Below, piece by piece: positions 13,205-26,619 of a DNA stretch of 64,000 nt. The stretch is from Octopus bimaculoides (lineage: Eukaryota): positions 50,030,852 through 50,094,851 of the forward strand of contig NC_068995.1 in assembly GCF_001194135.2 (NCBI RefSeq), read 5' to 3'. The position numbers and the translations under genes were made by a program. The notes below the pieces were generated by a model. The model searched no databases and was not told the origin of the DNA. It saw only the letters and a list, made by a program, of their open reading frames with translations. The stretch's first letter is position 1; each line of letters begins with the position of its first letter.

Positions 13205-13285
13205 CAGGCTCCAATCTAATTTGGCTGAGTTTCTACAGCTGGATGCCCTTCCTAACGCCAACCACTCAGAGAGTGTAGTGGGTGC

Positions 13286-13333
<48 letters not shown>

Positions 13334-13545
13334 GTATATGTTTGTGTCTGTGTTTGTGTCCCCCAACATCGCTTGACAACCGATGGTGGTGTGTTTACGT
13401 CCCCGTAACTTAGCAGTTCGGCAAAAGAAACCGATAGAATAAGTACTAGGCATCCAAAGAATAAGTCCTGGGGTCGATTTGCTCGACTAAAGGCGGTGCT
13501 CCAGCATGGCCACAGTCAAATGACTGAAACAAGTAAAAGAGTAGA
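13205..13545. mobile_element. RTE-like 3' fragment (-) followed by SINE family B 3' half (+)
   Basis: caggctccaatctaatttggctgagtttctacagctggatgccc, then ccccaacatcgcttgacaaccg...gactgaaacaagtaaaagag. Confidence 0.8.
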
Positions 13546-13849
13546 AGAGATGTTTGAATGTTTACACTATACTATATATTATGTTGACATGTATGCCGAA
13601 ATTAAGGTACCAATTATAGAGAATTCTTGATTCTTGAGATAATCTCACCTTCTCATTTGGAGTGGAATACAAATTGCTGCCAAACAATTGGTCTCTGCTG
13701 GTACTGAAATCCCACTGTCTCACTACTCTAAGTTTCCATCTCGCTTTAATCCAGATTAATTTATGTTTTCGGTGATAAGGTACCAGATTTTATTGTTGTT
13801 AGTCTATTGCATTGGAGTAGTCTTTTTGTAACAAAGAAACCAATAACAC

Positions 13850-14380
13850 TGTCATCATCATCGTCATCATCACCATCATCAACTTCACTGCAATCATAAT
13901 CATCATCATCATCTTCACCATCATCATCATCATCATCATCATAACCATCATCATCGTAATCATCATCATCATCATTGTCATCATGATCGTCATCACCATC
14001 AGTACCACTACCGCCGTCACTGTCATCATTGTAACAACCAACATCATCATCGTCATTGACACTAACCATTATCATCATCATCATAGCAACACCAACATCA
14101 TTCTCATCATCATCATCATCATCATCATCATCACTGTCATCGACATTCTTATTGTAATTGTCATCGTTATCATTATCATCATCGTTATCATCATTATCAT
14201 GTCGTCATCATCATCATCACCATCGCTACAATTGTCATTGTTGTCATTAGCTGTTGCCACTAGCACCACACTTGCCCTCACCCTAGCCACCAAGACCACC
14301 ACCACCACTACCAGTACCACTGCTATTCCTACCATCATCGTCATCATCGTCATCATCACCGTCATCATCATCAACAAACT
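13850..14380. repeat. Imperfect (ATC)n / (ACC)n array
   Basis: Direct reading. Confidence 0.95.
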
Positions 14381-14502
14381 CCAGTACTATCTTAAAAATC
14401 CATAAAAATTCTTTCATTGCAGGTAATTCTTATCAGAGTTGCTTATAAAGTTCTGATGGCAAAAAAAAAAAAAAATTAGAAGACAAGCAGAAGGGAGAAT
14501 TA

Positions 14503-14546
<44 letters not shown>

Positions 14547-14968
14547 AGAGCAGAAGATGAAGAAATGGGAATCAGCTTGCGGTGATGGTGACTTTGAGAA
14601 GAATGAGAAAATTAAGTGGGAAGACGAAACTAATAAATAAACAAACAAAGCAAAGAATATAAAATGATATAAAAACAAACACAAACGCACACAAAAAAAC
14701 AAAACAAAAAGAATAACCTACATTCTGCGCTTAATTTGTCATCTGTTATCAGAAGGCGAATAGAATTAACAAATGTAGCAAAAACAATGGAATAAATAAA
14801 TGAATAAAATTGAGAGACTTGACAGAAACAAACAGTCATACCAACAAATACATTACAACAATAACAAAAATACATTAAAAAAAAAACTTTAAGAAAACTA
14901 TATGACAAATGTAGAACTGACATCCTCATTAAAACATCATATATAAATGTGTGTGGGTGTGTGTATAT

Positions 14969-15096
<128 letters not shown>

Positions 15097-15373
15097 GTAT
15101 GTTTGCAAATATATATACACACAATTTATATGTACACTCAGACACACACACACATACGTGCACACATCGCTTGTTTCCATAACCAAAATTTGTATTCAAT
15201 TATTTGAATTATTGGGAATATATAAAAATAAATAAAATCATATGTTTGCGTATGTGCATGTGTGTATATGTGTGTGCACATGTGTATGTATACAGATATA
15301 TGTATATAAATATATGTACATATATATATTCACACAAACACATATCTATGTATGAATGAATATACGTGTACAT

Positions 15374-15404
<31 letters not shown>

Positions 15405-15790
15405 NNNNNNNNNNNNNNNNNNNNATATATATAACAAGGTAACAAAAATTAATTAGTTGAGAGATTGAATCCCGAGAAAACAACATATAGATAAACTCAT
15501 TAAAAAAGAGCAAAAATTAAGATATAATTTAAAATATGAGTAGGCATATGTGTTGGTATGTATGTGTGGTTTTGTGAAGGTGTCTGTGAAACAATATATA
15601 TATGTATTTAGTCGCTCATGGACAGTAATATAGTCATACATACATACACATAGATACACACAAACACACACACATATATATATATTCACATACATACTTA
15701 TAAATACATATATATATGTTTAATTAACCATATGTATATAATATATGTATGTATGTAAGTACATATGTATGCATATATACATACATATAT

Positions 15791-16182
15791 ACTCTTTTAC
15801 TCTTTACTTGTTTCATTCATTTGACTGCGGCCATGCTGGAGCACCGGCTTTAGTAGAGAAAATCAACCCCAGGACTTATTCTTTGTAAGCTTAGTACTTA
15901 TTCTATTGGTCTCTTTTTGCCGAACTGCTAAGTTACGGGGACATAAACACACCAGTATCGATTGTCAAGCGATGGTGGGGGGACAAACAGACACACAAAC
16001 ATATATTGATATTCATATATACGACGGGCTTCTTTCAGTTTCCGTCTACCAAATCCACTCAGGCTTTAGTCGGCCCGAGGCTATAGTAGAAGACACTTGC
16101 CCAAGGTGCCACACAGTGGGACTGAACCCGGAACCATGTGGTTGGTAAGCAAGCTACTTTACCACACAGCCACTCCTGCGCC
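15791..16182 (-). mobile_element. tRNA-derived SINE family B, near full length
   Basis: Ends ...accacacagccactcctgcgcc, the reverse complement of the head at 43445; tail gagtaaagagtaaaagag. Confidence 0.9.
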
Positions 16183-16849
16183 TCTTTGTATATATNNNNN
16201 NNNNNNNNNNNNNNNNNNNNNNNNNNNNNNNNNNNNNNNNNNNNNNNNNNNNNNNNNNNNNNNNNNNNNNNNNNNNNNNNNNNNNNNNNNNNNNNNNNNN
16301 NNNNNNNNNNNNNNNNNNNNNNNNNNNNNNNNNNNNNNNNNNNNNNNNNNNNNNNNNNNNNNNNNNNNNNNNNNNNNNNNNNNNNNNNNNNNNNNNNNNN
16401 NNNNNNNNNNNNNNNNNNNNNNNNNNNNNNNNNNNNNNNNNNNNNNNNNNNNNNNNNNNNNNNNNNNNNNNNNNNNNNNNNNNNNNNNNNNNNNNNNNNN
16501 NNNNNNNNNNNNNNNNNNNNNNNNNNNNNNNNNNNNNNNNNNNNNNNNNNNNNNNNNNNNNNNNNNNNNNNNNNNNNNNNNNATATATATATATATATAC
16601 ATAGTTGTACACTCACACATACACACATGCACAAATATACATATACATACTTAAATGCACACACACACACAATAAAAGTCATTAGTGCAGTAGTGTGGAA
16701 AATATGATTATAGCATGGATTTGGAAAAAAAAAAAAACTGTTTGCAGAAAAATAAAATAAAACAAAAAACTAAACAAATAAACAAAAAGTTAATAATAAC
16801 AATAAAACAAAGAATTATTTCAAAAAATTAATAATAGCAAGTTCTGCAA

Positions 16850-17100
16850 AAATATAATTAAGCTAGATTTATGAATAGCGAAATTAACAAGAAGCTTTCG
16901 AAAGAACTTTTGCCAGAAAGATTTGCAAGAAAATAATTGGAAAATAAATACTAAATACACTGAATTACTTTAATTCTATTTAAAATACATATTTAGATGT
17001 AATAAACTTTAAAAACAAATATGGAAAGATCAATTTAATATGTAGAAGATGCAGGAATGAAGTCAGAGCAGTTACATAATCTGAAGAATACATAAAATTA
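16850..17100 (+). mobile_element. Degraded LINE C-terminal zinc-knuckle fragment
   Basis: Frame TYLDVINFKNKYGKINLICRRCRNE resembles the N-F-x-N-K-Y...C-x2-C tail of non-LTR retrotransposon RTs; stops present. Confidence 0.4.
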
Positions 17101-17190
17101 TATTTATAATAATAAAAAAGAAAACAAAACAGAGCAAAAGTATTATGAACTGTGGCAAAGCTTCAATTAATTAGGACTCTGTGTGTTATT

Positions 17191-17235
<45 letters not shown>

Positions 17236-17612
17236 TATTATTATTTTTTTTTTGATTTCTTGTGTAGTTTGATTCTAATCATGCATATAGAAACATGTCC
17301 GCACAGACAGATAGATACACACACACATATGAATACATCATCATCATCATCATCATCATTGCCATCATCATCGCCACTGTCGTCGTCGTCGTCATCGTCA
17401 TCGTTTTAACATTCATAATGCTGATAGGAATGTTTATGATGTATTAGTATGCGTGTGAGATTATACACAAACCATATTATAAATTAAAATATTACACAGT
17501 TCATACATACATACATATATACATACATACATACATACATACACACACACACATATATATATACACACACACACACACACATATATAATCTCTCTCAATA
17601 TATATATATATA

Positions 17613-17659
<47 letters not shown>

Positions 17660-18638
17660 TATATATATATTATCTCTCTCTCTCTCTCTATATATATATA
17701 CATATATATATACACACACAGACACATGTATGCATGCACACCTATCCATATATTTCTCTCTCTTTCTCTCTCTCTCTCTCTACACACACACACATACACG
17801 CACAAGAGCACAGTTGCACACACTGGTATATATGAATATACATATACACACACGCCTATATACATATGCATACGGGTATATTTATTTTGCTGTTTGCATA
17901 TTTAATTTCATGCATGTATTATAATCAAACTAATTTTCTTCATTTTAAAACACCTGAAGCTAATCTTTACTTTTCTAATTATAATAATCAGAAATATGAA
18001 TTATTTAATTATCAACTCTAACCGATATGCCGTATGCATGCTTAATTATATTCATAATGCATCAATAGGCAAGTGATTAAAAATTTCAGTTGATTTCAAT
18101 AAATACCAACAGATTTGATTTTAAAAGTCCTGCCAATGGCAATGCTTATAACCAATTAACACGTGAAGATGAGTTGCATAATAACATCTGCTTATGAAAG
18201 TTGGAGATGCAGTAAATGATGCGTTGCCTTTTCNNNNNNNNNNNNNNNNNNNNNNNNNNNNNNNNNNNNNNNNNNNNNNNNNNNNNNNNNNNNNNNNNNN
18301 NNNNNNNNNNNNNNNNNNNNNNNNNNNNNNNNNNNNNNNNNNNNNNNNNNNNNNNNNNNNNNNNNNNNNNNNNNNNNNNNNNNNNNNNNNNNNNNNNNNN
18401 NNNNNNNNNNNNNTAAATAAAATAGTTCAAATTGTGATAAATGCTTAGGAAAAAAAATGTTTTTCGAAAATAGTTTTTTTAAGATTGGAAGAAAATTTAG
18501 CAATAATTAAAAGCAGCATGGAAAAGAAAGTGCTACGAAAGCTTAAAAGAAAAAAAGAAAAGAGAAAGAAAGCTGTTCGTTTATGCTGCCAGTTGCATGT
18601 GGAGTCATCGTCGTCAATGCCGTTGATGGCTCGGCTGT

Positions 18639-18726
18639 CACTGCTGACTGTGTCGCGGCACTGCTGACTGTGTCGCGGCACTGCTGACTGTGTCGCGGCA
18701 CTGCTGACTGTGTCGCGGCACTGCTG
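18639..18726. repeat. Perfect 20 bp tandem repeat x4.4 (cactgctgactgtgtcgcgg)
   Basis: Identical units at 18639, 18659, 18679 and 18699. Confidence 0.95.
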
Positions 18727-18869
18727 CCACCACCATTATTATCATTTTGATGTTCACTTCCACTGATGGCATGGATTAGTGTTTAGTGTTTTCTGAGATG
18801 GATTAGGGTGGATTTATGAATGGATCTCATAGATAAAAACTAAAAGAAGTTTGTTACATATATATATGT

Positions 18870-19175
18870 ATACGCTACGAACCACATGATTTCAGGTTCA
18901 GTCTCACTGCGTGGCACCTTGGGCAAATGTGTCTTCTACTATAGCCTCGAGCCGACCAAAGCATTGTGAGTGGATTTGGTAGATGGAAACTGAAAGAAGC
19001 CCATCGTATATATGTATATATATATATGTATGTGTGTGTGTATATATGTTTGTGTGTCTGTGTTTATCCCCCCAACATCGCTTGACAACTGATGCTGGTG
19101 TGTTTACGTCCCCGTAACTTAGCGGTTCAGCAAAAGAGACTAATACAATAAGTACCAGGCTTCCAAAGAATAAGT
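18870..19175 (+). mobile_element. tRNA-derived SINE family B, 5' and 3' truncated
   Basis: aaccacatgatttcaggttcagtctcactgcgtggcaccttgggc... Confidence 0.85.
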
Positions 19176-19379
19176 ATGCATGCATGTATGTATGTATGTA
19201 TGTATGCATGCAGGCATGCGTGTATATATACCAGAAGAGGAACACCAGATTCTAGGTGTTCCCCTTCAGATCATATAGCAGTGACACCAAGAACAATGTA
19301 TTCCATCATGACTCATCACCATCGGCTCAGCTAAGAAAAAAAATAAGAACAAACAAACCAAAAAACTAACAAAGATATA

Positions 19380-19411
<32 letters not shown>

Positions 19412-19708
19412 NNNNNNNNNNTAGTATCTTGACAATTTTTTAAGCTGATCACACAGAGGAATAGTGTTCGTTTCCATTTCAGAAAAAATATATATATATA
19501 AATGCAAATGTTGAATGATGAAAATGAGTGCTTAACACTGCATTGGTGGAGAGAATTTCTTTATTTGTATATTAAGGCTACCATTGGTTTCATGTACAGA
19601 AAAATAGAAAAAATATCTTAGTATCTTGACAATTTTTTAAGCTGATCACACAGAGGAATAGTGTTCGTTTCCATTTCAGAAAAAATATATATATATAAAA
19701 CTACTTAC

Positions 19709-19785
19709 AGATCTGTTATTTCCATGGAATGAGATTTGAGTAAGTTGAGAAGTGATGATTCCACCAGATCTTTTTTGGTGTCCAT
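19709..19785 (-). CDS. CUEDC2: CUE domain-containing protein 2, first coding exon (MDTKKDLVESSLLNLLKSHSMEITD-L)
   Basis: Acceptor ttttattagtccttgcAG at 19787-19788, then A-ATG. Donor CT|GTAAGT at 19707-19708. The phase-2 end joins the next exon (CT|G = Leu). The peptide aligns by eye to the CUEDC2 N-terminus (human [25 protein letters not shown]). Confidence 0.88.
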
Positions 19786-20554
19786 TCTGCAAGGACTAAT
19801 AAAAGAAATGAAAACATATTAACACAGAGTAAAAATGATTTCTTATATAGGTATGTAGGTATAAGGGTTACATTTAAAAAATGTGTACACTCTATTGCAA
19901 TAATACCCAGTATTTGAGTTAACTTCAGTACGTTTTGAACTTGGAATTTGAAAAGCTGTAATTAAATCCTGCAAGGAATTTTGTCTAGTGCTCAAATGAT
20001 GCTACCATAGACTGTCCTATATATATATATGTATGTATACACACACACACCTGCACACACGCATATATACATATATATGAGCATACCTATCTATATATAT
20101 ATTCTTTTCTACTCTAGGCACAAGGCCTTAAATTTTTGGGGAAGGGGGCCAGTCGATTTGATCGACCCCAGTATATACACACATAAACATACACACACAC
20201 ACACACATATATATCCACTCACATACATACACATATATCTATATGTATGGATGTATACATATATACACACACAGACACATACATACGCATGTACATATAT
20301 AGATGTTAGACTTCATAGGGTTTCCTTCAACCAAATTCACTTGCAATGCATTGGTTGGCCTGTGGTTGCAGTGGAAGATGTAGGAGCCGTGCAGTGGGAC
20401 TGAACTTGCAACCTCATGGTTGCTAAGCATACTTCTGAGCCACATAACATGATGCACACAGACAGAAAGTGAGAACGTCTTAATCCGTGAATCTGTACAA
20501 GCAAAAATGTATAAAGAGTATATCACAATTACATATGTGTGCGTGTGTGTGTAT

Positions 20555-20600
<46 letters not shown>

Positions 20601-21093
20601 GTGTGTGTGTGTGTCTACCAGTGTGTAGATATTTAAATAGAGATCAGGTTCTGATTCTCATTTCCGTTTGCAACACCCTAAGGGGCTTTAAGACACAAAA
20701 CAATGGAATTGGATCAAAATCTATGAAGAAGCAAAAATAAAAGACCCCTAGCAGAAACAAAATCACCACCAACAACAACAACAACAACAACAACTACAGT
20801 AACATACACACTTATGCATTATGCACACACTTACATACACATGTACAATATTGAATAATGGAAGATAATATATTGATTGCTGGATTTTGTTTCTCTTCTT
20901 CTTTGTTATCTGTGGTAAGCATTGAACAATGTGTGAGTATATGTGTCTAGGTGTGCGAGAGAGAGAGAAAGTCTGTGTGTGTATATGTGTGTTATATGCT
21001 TGTATTTTTATATGCAGATACATAGATTAAAATAACCACACACACACACTCTCTCTTTCTCTCTCACTCACACATACACACACAATATATATA

Positions 21094-21300
21094 CAGGGTG
21101 GCTGCTAACTTACAATCAAGTATGACCACCTTTTATGCAACATTCAGATTTCTTCTCAAGATGCAGTACTTTCCTATCATGATCCAAAATCAAAAAAAAC
21201 TGCACAGCGCCCATGACTTTTGGAAACATTCTTTCATGCTCCTCTTGACACAGCATCCTTCAAACTCCCAGCTGTCAAGACACTATGTCCTATCCTATCC
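21094..21300 (+). mobile_element. Tc1/mariner-like end fragment
   Basis: TA-CAGGGTG terminal motif after (TA)n; other end not found. Confidence 0.45.
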
Positions 21301-22202
21301 TTCAAAATTTCTATGCTTCTCGAAACTCACCAACACTAGCTCTGGCTTGTCTACGTACCCTTTCCTCTTTCCTTATAGCTCTTTTACTCTTCACCTTTCA
21401 TTGTTGTCTTGCTTTACTTGACTTATATATCTACTTTCTAATGAGTTATAAACCACTTGAGTACTGTATACATTCATCATCATCATTGTCGCCATTTAAC
21501 AAATGAACCCGCAAACATTCTGGGACCTCAGACAGTATATCTTGTGTATTATGGCAATGAAATACCACTCCTTCCAAAATTTATACATACACATACATAC
21601 ATATATATGTACACACGCACACACATATCCATATATGCATATGGAAAATATGACCATGTTTCAGTTTAATCTTATATATTAAGATTTTTTTTTTCTGTAT
21701 AAAACCCTTGCAGTCTGTTTAGAACAATAAAGTTCCTAAATTGATTGTTATCAAATTTTCTAGTTTATCTCAGGCACATCATCAGGCTGTAAATGAAGAA
21801 TTGTTAACTTCTGTACAGACTCTTTTGTAGTGGAGGACTTTTATTTATGCAGGCTTTACCACTAGAGTTTGACCACGAGACTTCCAGGTCATCAGGCTGC
21901 AACTAAGAGATATCGGGCACATCTGCAACAAAGAAATATGCCTACTTCTCTCATTTCCTCGTTTGTGAGTGCAAATGGAATGCAGAGTATATGCAGGGTA
22001 GTCACAATCCTCTGATATTCCATGTGGCTGTTTCTGCTGTTGAAGTGTTGTTGTTTTATAAGAAGTGGAGTGTTGATCTTGCCATATTAGTGCATGGTTT
22101 TTTTCATTGTGAAACCCCATTATAGGGAAGTATTACATCTTAAAAGGACAGAGGAAGGAAACACAAAATATGGACATACTTGATAGCAGGTCAACAGCCA
22201 CC

Positions 22203-22233
<31 letters not shown>

Positions 22234-22308
22234 TGTATGTATGTATGTATGTATGTATGCATGCATGCATGTATGTATGTATGCATGCATGTATGTATGT
22301 ATGTGTGC

Positions 22309-22343
<35 letters not shown>

Positions 22344-23278
22344 ACTCTGTCTGTCTGGTTATCCTATCTCTTCTTTCTCTCTCTCTCTCTCTTCCTCTCT
22401 CCTATCTATCATTCTCTTGACTCTCTCTCTCTGTCAGTCTTCTATCTATCTATCTANNNNNNNNNNNNNNNNNNNNNNNNNNNNNNNNNNNNNNNNNNNN
22501 NNNNNNNNNNNNNNNNNNNNNNNNNNNNNNNNNNNNNNNNNNNNNNNNNNNNNNNNNNNNNNNNNNNNNNNNNNNNNNNNNNNNNNNNNNNNNNNNNNNN
22601 NNNNNNNNNNNNNNTCTCTCTCTCCCTCTCTCTCTCTACTATCTATCCATCTCTTGACTCTTTCTCTCCATGTTAGTCAGTCTCCATATATCTATGCATC
22701 AATCTGTCTATCTAGCTATAAATATGAGCGTGTATGCATGTATACATTCATACACACATACACAGACAAGTACATAATGTAACCTTTATATGACTGCATA
22801 TACGCACACATATACAAACACACACACACACATATACACACACACTCATATGACATATACACATACACATATGATTATATGTATCTCTATTACATACGTG
22901 CATATCTATCTGTGAGACAGTATGTGAGGTGGGTGTGTATGTGTGTGTGTGTGTGCGTGTGCGTGTGTGTGTGTAGACATATAATTACAATTCGATTGAT
23001 TTTTCCATGGCATACAGTCAGGAACTATTGCTGCCTTCACTTGGAAAGACTACAAAAAGTGAAAGTAAATAAAAACCACCCCCACCCCACCGTCTCCCTT
23101 ACAAGACTTTATTTTAGTTATCCTTTCAACTTGGACAAGACACAAAACTAATCAAATAGACTGTAAACACAAGTAATATAGATGTGTAAATATATGTATA
23201 TGCATGTATGTGTGTATACACACACACACACACATTATATATATATATGTGTGTGTATGTATATAATAAATGTATGCA

Positions 23279-23346
<68 letters not shown>

Positions 23347-23639
23347 CATACACACACATATAAGATATATACATATATACACATATATACATACACATAT
23401 ACACACACACATATACATTTATTTTGTAACATTATTAAATGGTTCACCTATCTAGACCTATTCTTCAGACTTAATCTTGATATATTCCTCTTAACCAATT
23501 AAAAAGATAAAGCTACCTGCACATGGGTATTTAAAACAGGATAAAAACATTTCAAGTAGGTACTCCTCTTCTGGAAAGTATAGTAAACAGACAGTGATTA
23601 CTGGAGCTTTGCAACATAGTGGATTAATGTGGTTTTGTC

Positions 23640-23786
23640 ATTATTTACATTATTTACATTTGATGGATATTTGTTCTCATCTTGTTTGTTGTTAACACAA
23701 CGTTTCGGCTGATATACCCTACAACCTTCAGCGGGTGTCTTGGGGAAATTTCGAACCTGGGTTCTCATTCCTAAGGTATTTTTTAA

Positions 23787-23831
<45 letters not shown>

Positions 23832-23835
23832 TATT

Positions 23836-23870
<35 letters not shown>

Positions 23871-23917
23871 TCAGGTCACTGCCTGGAATCGAACTCGGAA
23901 TCTTAACCACTATGCCC
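23640..23917 (-). mobile_element. tRNA-headed SINE family E with (TAA)n spacer and Penelope-like/hammerhead-like tail
   Basis: The head is the reverse complement of 23924-24000 with two small deletions. The tail folds as a type I hammerhead (see findings). Confidence 0.8.
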
Positions 23918-23923
23918 AAGCAA

Positions 23924-24036
23924 GGGCATATGGCGTAGTGGTTAAGAGCGCGAGCTACTAACCCCAAGATTCCGAGTTCGATTCCAGTCAGGAACCTGAA
24001 TAATAATAAAAATAATAAAAATGATAATAATAATAA

Positions 24037-24086
<50 letters not shown>

Positions 24087-24103
24087 TAATAATAATAATA
24101 ATA
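23924..24103 (+). mobile_element. SINE family E head plus (TAA)n, 3' truncated by a family B insertion
   Basis: gggcatatggcgtagtggttaag (A box) ... ccgagttcgattcc (B box). Confidence 0.8.
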
Positions 24104-24345
24104 ACTGCTAAGTTACAGGGAAATAAACACACCAACACCAGTTGTCAAGCGTTGGTGGGGGACAAATACACATAAATACTGACACAGACACACACGCACC
24201 TACAAACAACAGGCTTCTTTCAGTTTTTATCTACCAAATCTACTCACAAGTCTTTGGTCAGCCTGGGGCTATAGTAGGAGACACTTTCCCAAAGTGCCAC
24301 ACATGGGACTGAACCCAGAACTGTGTAGCTGGGAAGCAACTTGTG
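24104..24345 (-). mobile_element. SINE family B
   Basis: ctgctaagttacaggg...gggactgaacccagaactgtgtagctgggaagc. Confidence 0.8.
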
Positions 24346-24889
24346 CCTACTTTTTCATACCACTAGATAACAAGGTGAATGTCCAGATATGGGTATATTA
24401 CTGGTATTTACCAATCTAAGAGAGAAAGAAAGAGAGAAGGAGAATGCAGAAGAGAGGGGGAAAGTGAGAGATGAAAGGTAGAGTTGAAACAGAGAAGCAA
24501 AATGCTATAGCATACATCAATGCAAACCATAGCATACATCAAAAGAAGCATCTGTTACGTCTGTAAGAACTTTCATGTGAAAAGAGATATATTACAGAGG
24601 AAAATCCTGACAATGATTTACAGTGTGTGTCAGAAACCATTGCCCCATGTTGGCACAGAAGTTCAAAAATAAAAGATGGACAATTGAAATGGAATGGCAT
24701 GGAAATTTTTAGTTGGTGTGAGTTGGTGAAATAGAGAAAAATGTTTAGAAATGCACCAGTTCGTGATGGAAGAACAATACATTCATTCATTCAAAAGGTT
24801 TACAACACCAAGAATTTTGCTGAGCAAGTAAAGCAGAGCAAGTAATTTCTTTGTATATGTATAAGCATACATATAAGTTTATACATACA

Positions 24890-25270
24890 CACATCGCTTG
24901 ACAACTGATGCTGGTGTGTTTGCATCACCATAACTTAGTGGTTCAGCAAAAGACCAACAGAATAAGTACCAGGGTTACAAAGAATAAGTCCTAGGGTCGA
25001 TTTACTTGACTAAAGGTGGTGCTCCAGCATGGCCACAGTCAAAATGACTGAAAGAAGTAAAAGAATAAAAGAATATATATATATATATATATATATATTC
25101 GCATACACACGCACATTCATAAACACACACATATCAAAGGCTTCTTTCAGTTTCCATTTTCCAAATAGACTCACGCGGATTTGGTTGGCTTGAGGCTATA
25201 GTAGAAGACACCAGGTTGTCACACAGTGGGACAGAACCTAAAACCATGTGGTTGGGAAGCAATTTTCCCA
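24890..25270. mobile_element. Two SINE family B fragments (3' half +, 5' half -)
   Basis: Homology to the 43445 copy. Confidence 0.75.
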
Positions 25271-25353
25271 ATTACAGAGTCAAATCTGCACCATTATAAA
25301 TGCAAATTGGTCTATCCAAGTTGCTTTAGCTGTGTGTGTGTGTGTGTGTATGT

Positions 25354-25415
<62 letters not shown>

Positions 25416-26204
25416 GAGAGAGAGAACAAAGTTGGAAATAGGAGGGGAAGAGGTTAAGAATAGAATGAATTAAATGCAATGTATTGTATATAATAATAAT
25501 ACAACATAATTAAGCTGAATAAAGAATATTCTCCAATATTGTTTGTGTTGTTTTATATTTAACTTAAGTAAAAGAAAAAACATAAAAACTCCACACAAAA
25601 CTCAGAACCAAAACCATGACATATTAAATAGATATGAGAAGAATCGATGGAGAATTTCCATTCTACACTTTGTAAATAAAGCATATTGAATAAATAATGT
25701 AAGGGTTCCTTTATTTATTTGTTTACCTATTATTATTGCTATTGTTGTTGTTCTTTTTTTTTGTCTTATTTTGTTTTTTGTTCTATGTTTCTAAATTTTA
25801 AAATAATATTGGGATTTATTAAACAGGTAATTATTTTTTACTGAATATTTTGATTGGAATAACAATTAGACATCTGCTAACAATGAGTTTGAACATCAAA
25901 CATTATCAATGGTTTTACAATAACACTGATTTGTGTGTATGGGTGGTGGGGGGAGGAGAAGGATGTATTGAAGGACCATACAGTCATTGAATATTTATAA
26001 AAAAAAAAGCCCAACTTATTTTGGTTATAGAGTATCAATATCTCTCATAGGGTGTTGAATTGAATATCGGCTGTTAAAAGGTCAGTGTTTCAAAAACATG
26101 CAATCAAATACAATATTGATTTGTTTTTTTCATCAAATTTCTACTTCCCAAACATTTTATTTCATTCTTCATTATTTTTTTACCTTTCTTTTTTTTCTAT
26201 CATC

Positions 26205-26460
26205 ATCATTATCATCGTCGTTTAATGTCCGATTTCCATGCTAGCATGGGTTGGACGATTTGACTGAGGACTGGTGAAACCAGATGGCTACACCAGGCTC
26301 CAGTCTGATCTGGCAGAGTTTCTACAGCTGGATGCCCTTCCTAACGCCAACCACTCAGAGAGTGTAGCGAGTGCTTTTACGTGCCACTGGCACGAAGGCC
26401 AGTCAGGCGGTACTGGCAACGGCCACGCTCAAAATGGTGTATTTTATGTGCCACACGCAC
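26205..26460 (-). mobile_element. RTE-like LINE 3' end / derived SINE
   Basis: catcatcgtcgtttaatgtccgatttccatgctagcatgggttggacg...; (GAT)n tail on the minus strand. Confidence 0.75.
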
Positions 26461-26619
26461 AATTATGTGCCACCACAAAGTTTTGGTTTTATAGAAGAGA
26501 TGGAGTGCGATATATGAGATGGTGGAACAGTCTTCTCTTTTCCGTAAGGGTATTCGTGACATAGCTGAATTGACACAGGCTTAACTGAAGCGAAACCTTA
26601 TCACAGACGTAGTTTCATC

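Noticed and set aside
13647-13790. Minus frame PYHRKHKLIWIKARW...TPNEK ending in AAG|GTGAGA
   Set aside because: No usable acceptor after the upstream stop; it would break the CUEDC2 phase.
14409-14430. Plus-strand ttctttcattgcAG|GTAATT recursive-splice-like site
   Set aside because: Antisense to CUEDC2, and no plus-strand gene is supported here.
18639-18726. CRISPR-like appearance of short repeats (also 51625, 59892)
   Set aside because: No unique spacers, no cas genes, eukaryotic context.
19422-19697. Exact ~80 bp direct repeat beside the first CUEDC2 coding exon
   Set aside because: One copy abuts a 10-N gap; typical overlapping-contig artefact.
21774-21830. Plus-strand terminal-exon-like frames (AHHQAVNEELLTSVQTLL*; also 28114, 31639, 38463, 50372, 57070)
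   Set aside because: Short, unrecognised and not linkable to a start; expected by chance in AT-rich DNA.
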